Positions 36,223 through 46,427 of a DNA stretch of 64,000 bases are shown piece after piece. The stretch lies in assembly GCA_020184695.1 (NCBI GenBank), contig JAANOX010000238.1, positions 62,001 to 126,000 on the forward strand. The letters are read 5' to 3'. The notes beneath the pieces are model-generated. The model made no database searches. It saw nothing but the letters and a program-made list of their open reading frames with translations, and was not told the origin of the DNA. This DNA comes from Histomonas meleagridis 2922-C6/04-290x (Eukaryota; Protista; Parabasalia). Position 1 is the stretch's first letter. Each line of letters begins with the position of its first letter. The translations under genes and the position numbers were made by a program.

Positions 36223-37230
36223 ATGAATAAACTCATCATTCCAAAAGGATATTCAACCCCTTTAAAGCTTATAGATCTCCAAGTTGCTATCAAATTAGCT
36301 AAGGATACATTTGAACACAAACTTGCAGAAAAACTTAATCTCACACGTATCTCTGCACCCTTATTTGTCAAACCAGAAACAGGTCTCAATGATAACCTTA
36401 ACGGCGTTGAACGTCCAGTTTCATTTGATGTTCCAGCAGTTGATGCTACTGTTCAAATTGTACAATCACTTGCCAAATGGAAGAGATTTGCATTAGGCAA
36501 ATATGGTTTTAAACCAGGACAAGGACTTTACACTGATATGAACGCTATTCGTCGTGATGAAGAACCAGACAATCTTCATTCAATATATGTTGATCAATGG
36601 GATTGGGAAAAAGTAATCACCGCTGAACAAAGGAACATCGAAACACTCAAAAGCACAGTCACTTTGATTATTGAAGCATTAAAGGAAACAGAAAGCATAA
36701 TCTGTTCTCAGTTCACTCAATTAAAGCCATTTATTCAAACTGAAATTAAGTTTATTACATCACAAGAACTTGAAGATATGTATCCGAACCTTACTCCACG
36801 TCAAAGGGAAAATGAAATTTGCAAGCAATATGGTACCGTATTCTTAGGTCAAATTGGTGGACTTTTGAAATCAGGCACAAAACATGATGGAAGGTCACCT
36901 GATTATGATGATTGGTCCTTAAATGGCGATATAATCATGTGGAACCCTGTTCTCGAAGAAGCATTTGAAATCTCATCTATGGGAATTCGAGTCAACAAAG
37001 AATCACTCGAAAAGCAATTAAAGGAATCTGGCTGTGAAGATAGGAAAGGACTTCTATATCACAGAATGCTTCTTGAAGACAAACTTCCATTGACAATCGG
37101 TGGTGGTATTGGTCAATCAAGATTATGCATGCTCCTCCTTCATTGCGCACATATTGGTGAAGTTCAGGTTTCTATTTGGCCAGATGAAATGGTGAAGAAG
37201 TGTGAAGAAAATGGAATTAATCTACTCTAA
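36223..37230 (+). CDS. asnA: Aspartate-ammonia ligase (asparagine synthetase A)
   Basis: NDNLNGVERPV, VQSLAKWKR, HSIYVDQWDWEK, HDGRSPDYDDW and TIGGGIGQSR motifs. Confidence 0.97.
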   Translation: MNKLIIPKGYSTPLKLIDLQVAIKLAKDTFEHKLAEKLNLTRISAPLFVKPETGLNDNLNGVERPVSFDVPAVDATVQIVQSLAKWKRFALGKYGFKPGQGLYTDMNAIRRDEEPDNLHSIYVDQWDWEKVITAEQRNIETLKSTVTLIIEALKETESIICSQFTQLKPFIQTEIKFITSQELEDMYPNLTPRQRENEICKQYGTVFLGQIGGLLKSGTKHDGRSPDYDDWSLNGDIIMWNPVLEEAFEISSMGIRVNKESLEKQLKESGCEDRKGLLYHRMLLEDKLPLTIGGGIGQSRLCMLLLHCAHIGEVQVSIWPDEMVKKCEENGINLL

Positions 37231-37369
37231 AAATAGATTACACGCCAAACACAATTTTTTAAAATATAAGGCAGCATCATGAGATTTGCATTTTTGTTAC
37301 ATATTGAAAATTTCGGTGGAAAAATGAGATTGAGACTGACAAGCGACAAAGCATTTAACATTTAATTAA

Positions 37370-38500
37370 TTTCAACAACAACTTTCTGGAGACGTTCCGT
37401 TTGTTGCGGTTCATTTTTCATGAAGAAGAGCGATCCGAAAATAACATATGGGGTCAATCCGTGCACGATTGATTCCTTTTACTTTGAAGTAAATATTTTA
37501 TTTTCATTTGATTATTTTCAGATGCTATTGTAAGCGCTGTTTTGATATTAAAATATCAAATTTTTAAAACGAATAGAAAATAAAATAAATTAATATCTTT
37601 AGCATTGATATCGATTCCTTCTTGTTCAAGAAGCAAATTGACAATTTCTATGTGACCATTTATAGATGCTTCCATAAGTGCTGTTTTAAATAATTTGAAT
37701 GAATTCATCAAATTTTTTAATAAAATATTAAATAAAGCAAAAAAAAAATTTTTAGAATTAATATCAATTGTTTTTTGTTCTAAAATATATTTAACAAGTT
37801 CAATATTGTTTGAGTTCACAGAATCAAACAAAATATCTTTTGGAATTTGATTATTTTGAAGGAAATATATTTAACATGATATAAGTTCCCAATTTTAGCA
37901 GCTATATTAATTAAATCCTGATAAATTTCCATTAGATCTAAAAATAAGAAAATCTCGTAACCTCCATTTGTAATACACAAAGATCCCAAACTATTAATAT
38001 CTTTTTGTTGTGTTTCAGATGAAAAAGTATTAACATCCCAACGAATATAAAGTTTATAATCAATTCCATAGAAATTTTCTATTTTGTTTTCATAAATATA
38101 TTTAAAAATATTATTTTGATGAAATTTAATTTCTATTCCGTTTGCATATTCAAATGTTGGATAGTTTTGCTCACATGAATAAATGAATGATTTCTATATT
38201 TCCACCTGCAACAGCATAATTACCTGTTTTGCTTACTTTTATTAATAAATATTTAAAACATTTAACAAAATATGCTGCATAATCAATTAATGGAACTTCA
38301 CCATTATTAATAAAATCACATCTTTCATAAAGTGATGGTTTAATTGTTTGATTAAATTTAAAATTTGTTTGTGATGATATAAAAAAATATTTATTAAAAG
38401 GTTTGTGTGCTTAATAATATGTTATTTTTTTAAATCATTTGTTTTTTCTTGAGCTTTAATTTCTTTTTTTTTTTTTCCTTGCTTCCTGTTCCATCGCGCT
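37370..38500 (-). pseudogene. Decayed DUF3447-type ankyrin gene with damaged spacer arrays
   Basis: YAAYFVKCFKY/YAVAGG remnants in broken frames; two ankyrin junctions with partly deleted spacer arrays. Confidence 0.7.
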
Positions 38501-38949
38501 AATTTTTTTTACATTAATTTTATCACTGATAATAAAACTGAGATTCTGGAAAATTGATCTTCTAATAATAGAACTTCTTCTAATGAATCTATTATTTTAT
38601 TTCCATGATGTGCTTCAACGCTCTTATCATATTGCTTTTCTAATTCAAATATTCTCGAAACATCTGATCAATATAATTCAATAAAATTGGGTTGCCACGA
38701 GTTTCCACAAGATACAGTAACCCTAATGTTTGATCCATTAACTTTATTTCATAGGCAGATGGAGGACCAATGATATTGTCATCACAATTCCCTGGTACTG
38801 GAATTTGTTGATAATTTTTTACTAAATTTAAAAGCACAAGACAACTTTGGAGTGTAGTAATTTTAAGCCATATAATAGAATAGTTGTTTATTAACCAACA
38901 GAGATTTTACAACAAATTAACAAACAGGCAACCGACGCGCCAATTCAGT

Positions 38950-39714
38950 TCACCTAGTGAACTTGGCTTTTAATGTGTTAATGAGATTTCCGTACAAAAT
39001 TCTTTTAGTGCAAGAATCTGTATTTTCTTGCTGACATTCATTTAGTTGTACGCACCTATCACCTTTCCAAGGGTTCGGAAGCGGGTCCTCATTGATAGAT
39101 GGCTCATAATCCAAGTTTGTTGATGGAACAAAAAAATCAAATTCATTTTTTTTGGATCCAATTTTGAAGAAATCTTTTAGAGCTTCAATTCCTTCTGTTG
39201 TTTGTTCTAATTTTGATATTGTAAAGTCGTTTAATTGCGCAATTGTTACAACATCAGTACTACTTGTATCTCTGAAATTAGAAACGATTGATAGTGCTTC
39301 TTTCATCATTACCTGTGATTCTTGATTAATTCTAGAAAATGCTTGTAACATGGGATTTTCAAGCAAATCAATAATTTCAGTTATTAATACATCTTTTTGA
39401 GGATTGAAAGAAAACAAGAGTTTCCATAAGCATTTGCAAAGCCTTTCATAAAGTTCAGATGGTCGAATTCTTTTTTTCTTGTTTTGACAAGGTAAAAGAT
39501 AAATTGTTGAACCTTCAGTTATTCCATAATAACCAGGGCTTATCTCGTTTGAAAGTAGTGTGCCTTTATATACTAACCTTTGAAAGTTAGGATTTAATCC
39601 AATTTTATTTGATAGCTGTTCTTTTATCTCTAGCACTGTTCCATTTGGATAAAAATACACCTTATGAATAGCAGCTCCCATCTTCACTCTGATCGTTGGT
39701 CTAGAATTTATCAT
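38950..39714 (-). CDS. Ubiquitin-like domain protein
   Basis: N-terminal UBL fold TVLEIKEQL...QRLVYKGTLL...YGITEGSTIYL. Confidence 0.8.
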   Translation of the reverse strand: MINSRPTIRVKMGAAIHKVYFYPNGTVLEIKEQLSNKIGLNPNFQRLVYKGTLLSNEISPGYYGITEGSTIYLLPCQNKKKRIRPSELYERLCKCLWKLLFSFNPQKDVLITEIIDLLENPMLQAFSRINQESQVMMKEALSIVSNFRDTSSTDVVTIAQLNDFTISKLEQTTEGIEALKDFFKIGSKKNEFDFFVPSTNLDYEPSINEDPLPNPWKGDRCVQLNECQQENTDSCTKRILYGNLINTLKAKFTR

Positions 39715-40041
39715 TAACCAAGAAAAAATTTAAACAAACGGCTTTTCTATCAAAAAGACCAAAAAATCATTGAGTAAACTATTGAAAGTCAGAATTTGAT
39801 TAATGTATTTTAAATCGTATCGTTTATTTAAATGGTTGTGTAATAACATTATTACTTTACTTAGACCCATTTTAAAATCAATTGTAATGCCTGCTCTTTG
39901 AAATGCTCTATAGCATGATTTTCATCTTTGTTTGGCGTTTATTAAGAGAACCATATGACATACGTCATAAAGTCAAATGTCTTTTTGCTACGAGGAGGGG
40001 ACTCAAAGTCTATTCACAAGCCTGTCGTTTTAATTGATATT

Positions 40042-41262
40042 TTAAAAGGTTATTTTCACTTGAAATATACTGCAATACCTCGTAGTAATGAAGCGATACA
40101 CTAAGGATTGGGCATAATCGAAAAAAAAAATCATTAAACAGGGATTGATTATGTGAAACGTCATAAGATAATTACCTTCTAACATTTCGCAAATGATAAC
40201 AGTGAAATTGATAAAGTTTATTTGACCATTTGCTCTATATATATTTTCATTTGATGCCTTTTTCATGCTCTTCACAATGCATAACTTACAGTTTGCCCAA
40301 AACAGCAAATCAATTATATATTGGTAATCGAACACGCAAAAGAGCCAATAAACATATTTCATCCAATTTTTCAACAACAATTTTATTCCAAAACTTATTT
40401 TACTTCCAGTGATTATTGGATTTGTGTTGTAATCGATTTCGATGTTAAGAAAGATATTGTTTTGTGAACACATTGATATGTATTGTTGATACATTTCATT
40501 AGAATATTCCACATTAACATCGAAAATTATTACATTTACATCATTTTTTGGAATACCATTAAAGTTCGAAGTTTCTTCCCAAGTTTTATAATGCAAATTT
40601 TTATTTGTTTGAACATTTTTCCCTATTTTTTGTTGGATGTTAAAAATTGGTGGTGACATAAGCACATTTGAAATATGATGAAATGTTTCTTCTTTGGTAC
40701 ATATTGAAGTACCTATAAGTGGATAATAAAAACCAAATTTTATCATTTTTCTGGAATTTATCGCTAAAAGAAAAGAAAAGAAAATACCGCTAATCATAAA
40801 ACAAGCAGATAAGCCTAAAATAGTTGGATTGGTAGGGCTCGTTTTGTCATTATAATTGAGTAAACAGTAAAGTGAACTGATAAAAAATCCTAATGAAAGA
40901 TTTGCAAGAAATTGTAAAAATAATCGATTCCAAAAAAAGAATGGATTCATGGATTTTATAGAAGAAAGATCTTTGAAAATACCGACGTAAATAATGGTGA
41001 GAGTTAAAGGGAGTATGAAAATTACTGGAATCCAAATAAAGATGGTATATGAGACAAAACACCATTCATAATGTCCAGCATAACAATAGGATTCATTTTC
41101 GTGTATAACCGTTTGATTATAAATTAATAAATATTCATAAGTAATATAGTTAATACACAAACCTGTGCACAAGCCATCACCACATGATATGTTTTCTCCT
41201 CGAGTCTTTAAACTTTCAGTAATTTTTTCTGTAAAAATGAACTCAAAAAAGAAAAAAAACAT
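40042..41262 (-). CDS. Multi-pass membrane protein (possibly TMEM151-like)
   Basis: 406 aa with three to four hydrophobic helices. The family assignment is weak inference, and the C-terminus may be frameshifted. Confidence 0.5.
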   Translation of the reverse strand: MFFFFFEFIFTEKITESLKTRGENISCGDGLCTGLCINYITYEYLLIYNQTVIHENESYCYAGHYEWCFVSYTIFIWIPVIFILPLTLTIIYVGIFKDLSSIKSMNPFFFWNRLFLQFLANLSLGFFISSLYCLLNYNDKTSPTNPTILGLSACFMISGIFFSFLLAINSRKMIKFGFYYPLIGTSICTKEETFHHISNVLMSPPIFNIQQKIGKNVQTNKNLHYKTWEETSNFNGIPKNDVNVIIFDVNVEYSNEMYQQYISMCSQNNIFLNIEIDYNTNPIITGSKISFGIKLLLKNWMKYVYWLFCVFDYQYIIDLLFWANCKLCIVKSMKKASNENIYRANGQINFINFTVIICEMLEGNYLMTFHIINPCLMIFFFDYAQSLVYRFITTRYCSIFQVKITF

Positions 41263-41962
41263 TTTGATACTGCCATTTTATGCCTATAAAAATTCAAACG
41301 AGAATATTGTGAAAAGAACGTTTGAACATATCAATTTTGCATAGAGATTGATAATTGAATATGAAAACGATTATTTTGATATTAAATTCCGATGGGGAAT
41401 TTCCCAACCACCGTTCATTTATTTGTTTATCAATAAACTCATCAAAAAATGTCATTTGCCAATTTCAAACAATTTTTACTATAACGAAGACATGTGCTAA
41501 CTAACGTGAACCACCGCTTCTTTCACGTCTTAAAAAATAAGCTTTGCTTGCTTAGCCAACCAGACTTGGCGGAGCTCGTTTTGTTTGGAGAAAAAAATTT
41601 TCTTTGATTTTTGAGGTTTTGTTCGAGAAATCACAAAAGTGCAAAAAATGCGTAAAGCACAGAATTGCACCGAAAAGTTTATCGTTCTACGGTTTTCTTG
41701 TTGGAATGGGAAATACAATCCAATTTTGGAATCGAACTCTCAGAACCAGCAAATTTACCTATATAATATGTGGTAAAATAACTTTAGTAATAGAGTTTTT
41801 TTTGAAATTTGAGATTTAAATTTTTTGCATTAATAATCAAAATGTACTTGAAAAGGTTTTATTAAATTGTTTCTAAAACAAGTAAGAATTTAGATACATT
41901 TTCTTGAAATTAAATAGATAGAACATTTGTTTACTAAAAAAAATGTCGCAAGCGATGGGGTT

Positions 41963-42538
41963 TCAACAACATGTATTGTTACCACTATTTGAGTTCAGAT
42001 CTTTGCTGGTGTGGACGTTTCTTATGGATTGATTATTTAAAATATAATCTGATATTGAAGTAAAAAGTTCTTCAATACCTTCTCCATTCATTGCTGACGC
42101 AAAAAACACATTAAATCCCATCTTCTTTCCCCATTCAATAGCTTCTGATTTATCAAAGACACTTTCTTCATCAAGCTTATTCCCAACAATTACTATATGG
42201 CACGTACTAGGAGCATTTTGTTGTATGCTATCCACCCATTTATTTAGGTTTTTGAAACTAGATGGATCTGTAAGGTCGAATACAATAATCGCAACATGTG
42301 CACCTCGTGAATACATTGGAACAAGACTCCTATATCTTTCTTGACCAGCAGTATCCCAAATATTTAGGTTTATTGGACCTGATGGGGTATTGAGAGTTTT
42401 CTTAATAAAAGAAGCGCCAATCGTTGGTTCATTTCCTGTTAAAAACATATTGTACTGAAACCTAATTATTATACTAGTTTTTCCGACACCTGAATCGCCA
42501 ACAACTATAACTTTATAATCTTTTGTGTTGTTGTTCAT
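41963..42538 (-). CDS. Rab family small GTPase
   Basis: GDSGVGKT, WDTAGQE, NKLD and SA motifs; C-terminal CC prenylation motif. Confidence 0.95.
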   Translation of the reverse strand: MNNNTKDYKVIVVGDSGVGKTSIIIRFQYNMFLTGNEPTIGASFIKKTLNTPSGPINLNIWDTAGQERYRSLVPMYSRGAHVAIIVFDLTDPSSFKNLNKWVDSIQQNAPSTCHIVIVGNKLDEESVFDKSEAIEWGKKMGFNVFFASAMNGEGIEELFTSISDYILNNQSIRNVHTSKDLNSNSGNNTCC

Positions 42539-42999
42539 TTTGGAGAAAAATCGGTTTGAGAAAATGTAACTTTTCTGTACCGAACGTTAAAGTACGATTT
42601 TTAACGTGCGAAATTGTCAATTCATTTCTTTTTTTAAAAGACTCCAATTGCTAATACTAAGACACTTCATATAATATTTCAAAATATTGTTTAGAAAATA
42701 TTAATAAAAAATTATTCCTGCATTTTAACATCTTCAAGATATTTAAATGCAGCACTTAAATTACTTAAAGAAAAATATGTTAATGTAAATCAAAATTTAA
42801 CAGTTTTTGGAGTATCAAATTCTAATTATAAAAAAAATTTTTATCATCAGTGGAAAGCAGAATGATCATTTTCAAAATCTTGAACTTTATTTCAAAATCA
42901 ACCATGCGTGGTTGTAAAGTAATTTCATACTTATTTGTTTTTTAAAGATCTATGATCGATTTAAATCTTGTTTAGTGAATTAATAAAATCAGTGAACAT

Positions 43000-43455
43000 T
43001 TATGCAGTAATAGCAGATGCTGTCTGAGCGTTATATTTCCAGTTTGGTGCAATGATGCGCCTTGACTTATAATAGCGTGCAAGTCGATGAATACGACTTT
43101 CGATGAGGATGAGACGATACTTGCCATCGATATCATGACTAGACCTTTCAAGGTGTTTACGAACATTGACTGCTTTCTTAATCAAATAGTATAATTCTTC
43201 TGGAAGAGCTGGAGCTAATCCATTAGCTTTTAGAATACGAAGAACTTTATTTCCTGTAACTGCGCGGACTTGACCAACACCATGGCTATCACGAAGTTTT
43301 TCACCAATTTGTGAAGGTCTAATTCCTTTTTTAGCATAATCACAAATGAGTTGGACAACATTTTCACCTGAAAGTTGAAGCCAATGTGGAGCTGTTCTGC
43401 GATATGGAATTGTTGAACCTGAAATTCCTTTTCCAGGGGAGTGGAGGCGTACCAT
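43000..43455 (-). CDS. RPS13: 40S ribosomal protein S13 (uS15)
   Basis: [25 protein letters not shown] and [16 protein letters not shown] motifs. Confidence 0.97.
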   Translation of the reverse strand: MVRLHSPGKGISGSTIPYRRTAPHWLQLSGENVVQLICDYAKKGIRPSQIGEKLRDSHGVGQVRAVTGNKVLRILKANGLAPALPEELYYLIKKAVNVRKHLERSSHDIDGKYRLILIESRIHRLARYYKSRRIIAPNWKYNAQTASAITA

Positions 43456-43626
43456 TTTAAAGAACGACCATAACCGTTAAAAATGGGGCGCCCCATTTTC
43501 AGAAATTTTTATTTGCAAAATAACATTAAAAAATGGTATTTTTCTTTAACTAATTTATTATATTGATATCATTTATTTTTTCAACATTCTGATTGAAATA
43601 GCATAATCTAGTTCTTAACTTCGAAG

Positions 43627-44550
43627 TTATTTGGCTTCTTCTTCAGCCATTCCGAAATTATTATCAAACTTTTGAATATATTTAACCAATGCTTCAAACT
43701 TTTTAAAGTTTATCCCATTGAAGAAAGCCTTTTTCGTGAGAAACATTTGATATATTTCTTGGAAAGTTGGCCTTTTATCAGGATTATGTTCCCAACATGA
43801 AGAGATTAGTTGTGAAAGTCCTTGTGATGTATTTGAAGGAATTTCAGGTCTCTTCTTTTGGATACATACAGCTGTCATTACTTGGAAGGATGTCATGTTT
43901 TCGAATGGAATTTCTTCTGTGAGAATTTCCCATAACAAAATTCCAAATGCATAAACATCGACTTTTTCGGTATAATCATCTGTTTCAAACATCTCAGGAG
44001 CCATCCAATGAGGAGTTCCAATGATGTTTGTTGCGATTTCCTCGTTTTCACCAAGAAATCGTGATATTCCAAAATCACATATTTTTGGAAAAAGATTCTC
44101 GTCAAGTAAAATATTCATGGATTTGAGGTCGTTATGAATTATATGTCTTCTGTGAAGTTCACACATTCCATATGAAATACTTAATGCAATAATTGTTTTT
44201 TGAGTTGAGTCAATTTTATGTGAACCAGGCTTATGTCTAAGTGAATCATAAAGAGATCCATATTTAGCTAACTCCATTGCAATGGAATATGGATAATTAT
44301 CTGTGTATCCCAAAAATTTAACGATAAATGGATTATTGCATAAACTCATAACTTTAATTTCTTTACAAAAACATGCCTTTGATTTTCCTTCAAGAATTTT
44401 ATCAGAGAAAATTTTTAATGCAACTTCATTATTATTTGGGATATATTTAGCAAGAAAAACTTCACCATATGAACCATATCCAATGGACTTTATTTTTTGG
44501 AAATCATCTAATGAAACCTTAAATTTTGAAATTTCTTGTGGGAAATCCAT
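43627..44550 (-). CDS. TKL-family protein kinase
   Basis: GYGSYG, HNDLKSMN, DFG, GTPHWMAPE and DVYAFG motifs. Confidence 0.92.
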   Translation of the reverse strand: MDFPQEISKFKVSLDDFQKIKSIGYGSYGEVFLAKYIPNNNEVALKIFSDKILEGKSKACFCKEIKVMSLCNNPFIVKFLGYTDNYPYSIAMELAKYGSLYDSLRHKPGSHKIDSTQKTIIALSISYGMCELHRRHIIHNDLKSMNILLDENLFPKICDFGISRFLGENEEIATNIIGTPHWMAPEMFETDDYTEKVDVYAFGILLWEILTEEIPFENMTSFQVMTAVCIQKKRPEIPSNTSQGLSQLISSCWEHNPDKRPTFQEIYQMFLTKKAFFNGINFKKFEALVKYIQKFDNNFGMAEEEAK

Positions 44551-44585
44551 AATAAACGATCGCCATATTTCTATAGTTTACATGG

Positions 44586-46004
44586 GTGATGACCGTTAAT
44601 GGATTTTGTGGTCAGCAATTAAAATCCATGAAACCTGGAATTCTATCATCAGGCACAAAATTTACAGGTCAAGCAAATGAAAAAGCAAAGAAATTATTTA
44701 AAGAACGCGAAACAAAAACACTTGGTGAACTTACAGATTATACAGTTTTGGATCAATATCATGTTTCTGTTTCTGGTGATAATCCACCACCACCAATGAA
44801 AGACTGGTCTCTATTAAATGAAAAAATTCAAACTGCTTTATTAAATGCATCATTTTCACAACCAACACCAGCACAGCAATATGGAATTCCATGTTTTTTA
44901 TCACAACGTGCATTTATTATGATCTCACCAACAGGCAGTGGTAAAACCCTTGCCTATGCTTTACCACTTCTTCATCTTCTTAATGACAAACCACAAAATG
45001 AATTAAATTGTATAATTCTCATGCCAACACGTGAACTTGCATCCCAAGTATTCCGACAATTTATACGCTTCTCTGAAGCATCCACAGTCCGTGTTCAACT
45101 TTTACGTAAGAATCGTGATATTCCAAAATGTCAAATCTTAATTGCCACACCCAAACGTCTTATTGACATGAAACCCAATCTTACGCAAATCGAATATGTT
45201 GTTGTTGATGAAGCTGATCAACTTTTATCCCATAGTTTTGTTCAACAAACAGATCAAGTATTTTCTATGCTTCCATCGAATCGAAAACTTCATTTTTCTC
45301 TTTTCACGGCCACCATGATGCCCAAAGTTGAGGAGACTGCGAAATCTTTTCTGATCAATCCGATACGAATTCAAGTTGGTGATGATCATGCAGTTGCAGC
45401 ATTAATCACACAAGAGCTTAAATTTGTAGGGAAAGAGAAAGGGAAAGTTGTAGAAATCCGCCAACGCTTAAATGAAGGATCGATCGAATTGCCAGTTATG
45501 ATCTTTGTTTCCAACAAACAACGCGCGTATGACTTAGCAGGCGAGTTAGGAGTTCCATGCGCCGTCTTGACCAGCGAGAAAAGCGACACAGAACGAGCTG
45601 AAGCAATTCGAATGGTTCGGACAGGCGCCACGCAAATCCTCATCACGACGGATTTGGGCTGCAGAGGCATCGACATCGCAGCGCTGAAAACAGTAATAAA
45701 CTTTGACATGCCGCCGAATTCAATTACTTATATACATCGAATCGGAAGGACTGCCCGCGCTGGAAGAGGCGGACACGCAATAACTTTCTTCACGATCGAC
45801 GACCAGCCGTATTTGAGGCCAGTGGCGTCCATAATGAAGAAGAGCGGATATGAAGTAGAGGATTGGATGCTGAATAAGATGGATAGGAAACATTCTGGCG
45901 CAAGGGCTTTGTACGAGCCGATGAAAAGACACACAATATCGTCTAGAGTGTGGAAAAATGCAAAGGTTAGAAACCCGAAGCCGAAGACACAAATTCTTGA
46001 ATAA
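44586..46004 (+). CDS. DEAD-box RNA helicase, ROK1/DDX52-like
   Basis: PTGSGKT, PTRELA, DEAD, HRIGRTARAGRGG and AITFFT motifs. Confidence 0.85.
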   Translation: MMTVNGFCGQQLKSMKPGILSSGTKFTGQANEKAKKLFKERETKTLGELTDYTVLDQYHVSVSGDNPPPPMKDWSLLNEKIQTALLNASFSQPTPAQQYGIPCFLSQRAFIMISPTGSGKTLAYALPLLHLLNDKPQNELNCIILMPTRELASQVFRQFIRFSEASTVRVQLLRKNRDIPKCQILIATPKRLIDMKPNLTQIEYVVVDEADQLLSHSFVQQTDQVFSMLPSNRKLHFSLFTATMMPKVEETAKSFLINPIRIQVGDDHAVAALITQELKFVGKEKGKVVEIRQRLNEGSIELPVMIFVSNKQRAYDLAGELGVPCAVLTSEKSDTERAEAIRMVRTGATQILITTDLGCRGIDIAALKTVINFDMPPNSITYIHRIGRTARAGRGGHAITFFTIDDQPYLRPVASIMKKSGYEVEDWMLNKMDRKHSGARALYEPMKRHTISSRVWKNAKVRNPKPKTQILE

Positions 46005-46427
46005 ATTTTGTATACTTCATTTTGCTATTATTGAGCATTATTACTACAATCATTGTGCTATTAACAAATTCGCATAAGATTTTTATGAAATGTTCTCTCA
46101 ACGAAATTATAAAAATATTCAGCAGCTTCCATTTTTACGTCAATAATTTGGTTTTTTAGTTATGCTTCAGAAATTAATCATAAATCTAATAAAGTTATAT
46201 TCACATGCAATATTCCAGTGTAATTTTATAAACTACATATGTAGTTTTATTATGCAATAAAGTTTCTTCTAAATTTTGATTACTCATAACTCGTCAAAAA
46301 AGGGTTTGATTCATCAAACGCAAAATTAACAATGTTCTATAAATAATACCTAAATTAAAAAATTTCATAACACAGTAAATTTTTCCTTCTATTAATGATC
46401 TAAATAATAAATCAATTTTTATTAAGC

